Part shown: positions 62,516 through 64,000 of the stretch, piece after piece
Position numbering within the stretch: position 1 is the first letter of the stretch
Layout: each line of letters starts with the position of its first letter
Virus record (IMG/VR): IMGVR_UViG_3300048573_000453
Span: 32,421-96,420 of that record
DNA length: 64,000 nt
Strand: one strand, 5' to 3'
Origin: a virus
Taxonomy: Duplodnaviria > Heunggongvirae > Uroviricota > Caudoviricetes
Made by a program: the position numbers and the translations under genes
The notes under the pieces: generated by a model
Told to the model about the DNA's origin: nothing
The model's database searches: none
Seen by the model: only the letters and a program-made list of their open reading frames with translations

Positions 62516-62953
62516 TTACGGAGCACCTATAGTAGGAGTAATACCAGTGGCAATCACGCCATTGTAATTTCCAGTATGGTCGAATGCGGTTATGTAAAAA
62601 ACGCCATTGGAAATATAGTCAAAGCTATAAACTCCAGTTACCTCATCGCTCCAAGTTTCCTGCACGACTTCGCCGCTATTCTGATCATGTAGGCGAACCC
62701 GTCTACCAACAGGCAAATTACTAGGTGACGATTTATTTTTTGTCGTACCTGTAATTTTGTATTGTCCTGCCCATCTTCCGTTTACTGGTAATACCGGCAG
62801 TTCAATAATATGCGCATAGCTTATATTTGAGTTGCCAATATTAAAAGGGGCTGGTTCTGCGAACCCTGATGTTAATGCGGAGGAAACGTAACCGGCAAGA
62901 GTTCTTCCTGTAGATAGGCTGGTGCTTGGCGGATCGATCATAATTTCGCTCAT
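62516..62953 (-). CDS. putative structural protein (145 aa)
   Basis: ORF; context. Confidence 0.4.
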   Translation of the reverse strand: MSEIMIDPPSTSLSTGRTLAGYVSSALTSGFAEPAPFNIGNSNISYAHIIELPVLPVNGRWAGQYKITGTTKNKSSPSNLPVGRRVRLHDQNSGEVVQETWSDEVTGVYSFDYISNGVFYITAFDHTGNYNGVIATGITPTIGAP

Positions 62954-62957
62954 GATT

Positions 62958-63950
62958 TTACCAAGGACCGGTTATATCAAAGAATACTACACCTGCAGAT
63001 ACTGTTTGCGCAGATCCGCCGCATTTTACGGCCAACAATTGACGGCCAGCTAAGTCTCCAGATCCTTCAATTATGTTGTTTCTTGTAAAAGATGCATGAC
63101 AGTTTTGTGGCGTTACATACATTCCTCTTGTCGTCCCGCGATAACAAATATTGATTTCGCCGACATTTTTTCTTGAAAGCATCAAACCATTGTTTGGACC
63201 ATTTGGGTAAGTGGTTACTGTACCATATCCGCCTCCTGATGCGATGTTTGCATTGACTACATAGGTTTCTGGCGAGTGAAACCCAGCAATCGGTCCACCT
63301 ATTCCGGTGAAAGAGCGGGGGAAATAACTTCTGGACCCCGTTCCAGCTGCGCAATATTCCAAAGATGCGTTGTTCGTGGTCGTTGCAGCAGCATCAGTTG
63401 ATATGGGACAATTTAAAAAGGCGCCATAAGCATCAGCAGTTTTATAACTTGAAAAATCCCCAAATCCCCAAATGCTACCGGCAAGACTGTTTGCATTTGC
63501 TGTACCGGTATTGAAATAAACGGTCCTATCATCGGCAATTACTGTCCATGATTTAGCTGCCGAAGTCGCAGCGTTACTCTTTGGCCAGAAACCGCCACCG
63601 GAGATTTGTGATGCATCGGGGAACACGCCAGTACCTGTATCAACGTCGCCCATAACTTCATAGCCAACAACCCGAGCATCAACGCCTACGCTATCATCAA
63701 CTCGCAAAAACATTCGAGTGCCACCGGAAGTAACAGGTGCACGATAAACAGCTTTGTTGGTTCCCGTGAATGTTTTAGCCCAACCTGATGGTGCAAGTTT
63801 CACGGTGATCGAACCCGTTGCTGCACCGTCTGCAACCCCGGTGGCAAGGAAGGTTACGGTCGTTGCTGAACGAGTCAAAACACGTTTACGACCATTCAGA
63901 CCGACAGGCGTTGCGCCATCCACAAGAACGATCTGGCTCAGGTCAAACAC
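62958..63950 (-). CDS. putative tail-fibre-like Gly-rich protein (may extend beyond window)
   Basis: Gly/Thr/Ala-rich ORF. Confidence 0.4.
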   Translation of the reverse strand: MFDLSQIVLVDGATPVGLNGRKRVLTRSATTVTFLATGVADGAATGSITVKLAPSGWAKTFTGTNKAVYRAPVTSGGTRMFLRVDDSVGVDARVVGYEVMGDVDTGTGVFPDASQISGGGFWPKSNAATSAAKSWTVIADDRTVYFNTGTANANSLAGSIWGFGDFSSYKTADAYGAFLNCPISTDAAATTTNNASLEYCAAGTGSRSYFPRSFTGIGGPIAGFHSPETYVVNANIASGGGYGTVTTYPNGPNNGLMLSRKNVGEINICYRGTTRGMYVTPQNCHASFTRNNIIEGSGDLAGRQLLAVKCGGSAQTVSAGVVFFDITGPW

Positions 63951-64000
63951 ATGTGCCAGAGGGGTTGTGACCGTCGCAATGCCTGAAGCAACTGTGATGG

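Overview
The window is a densely packed, almost entirely minus-strand gene array with the organisation of a large virulent T4-like (T-even-related) myovirus accessory/early region. Genes have overlapping stop/start codons (ATGA), repeated sigma70-type promoter modules sit in front of small genes, and rho-independent terminators are frequent. Recognisable cargo: a DNA replication/repair set (clamp-loader gp44-like, a possible gp62-like partner, DNA ligase, GroES/gp31-like co-chaperonin); a nicotinamide-riboside NAD salvage module (PnuC plus separately encoded NMN adenylyltransferase and ribosylnicotinamide kinase); a tRNA maturation/repair set (CCA-adding enzyme, Thg1-like 3'-5' polymerase, a second nucleotidyltransferase, a 2H phosphoesterase, MazG-like); a PP1-type Ser/Thr phosphatase, two metallophosphoesterases, putative ADP-ribosyltransferases, two GNATs, a CDA-type deaminase, a secreted DRGH nuclease, a PAAR-like spike tip protein, a LemA/membrane-protein pair; and probable tail-fibre/adhesin-like proteins at the right end. 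There are two tRNA gene clusters (~30.8-31.7 kb and ~36.0-36.4 kb) plus an isolated tRNA at 28.5 kb, all on the minus strand; several of these tRNAs are structurally atypical. The most unusual items are: an IS607-family insertion sequence (serine-recombinase TnpA plus RNA-guided-nuclease-family TnpB) inserted into, and splitting, a member of a phage paralog family; ~165-bp direct repeats with a truncated tRNA copy and a gene remnant flanking an ART-like gene; a 114-nt tRNA with an expanded anticodon region; a nested inverted-repeat-bounded split tRNA-like structure; and a cysteine-rich hexapeptide-repeat protein encoded by ~18 tandem 18-bp repeats.
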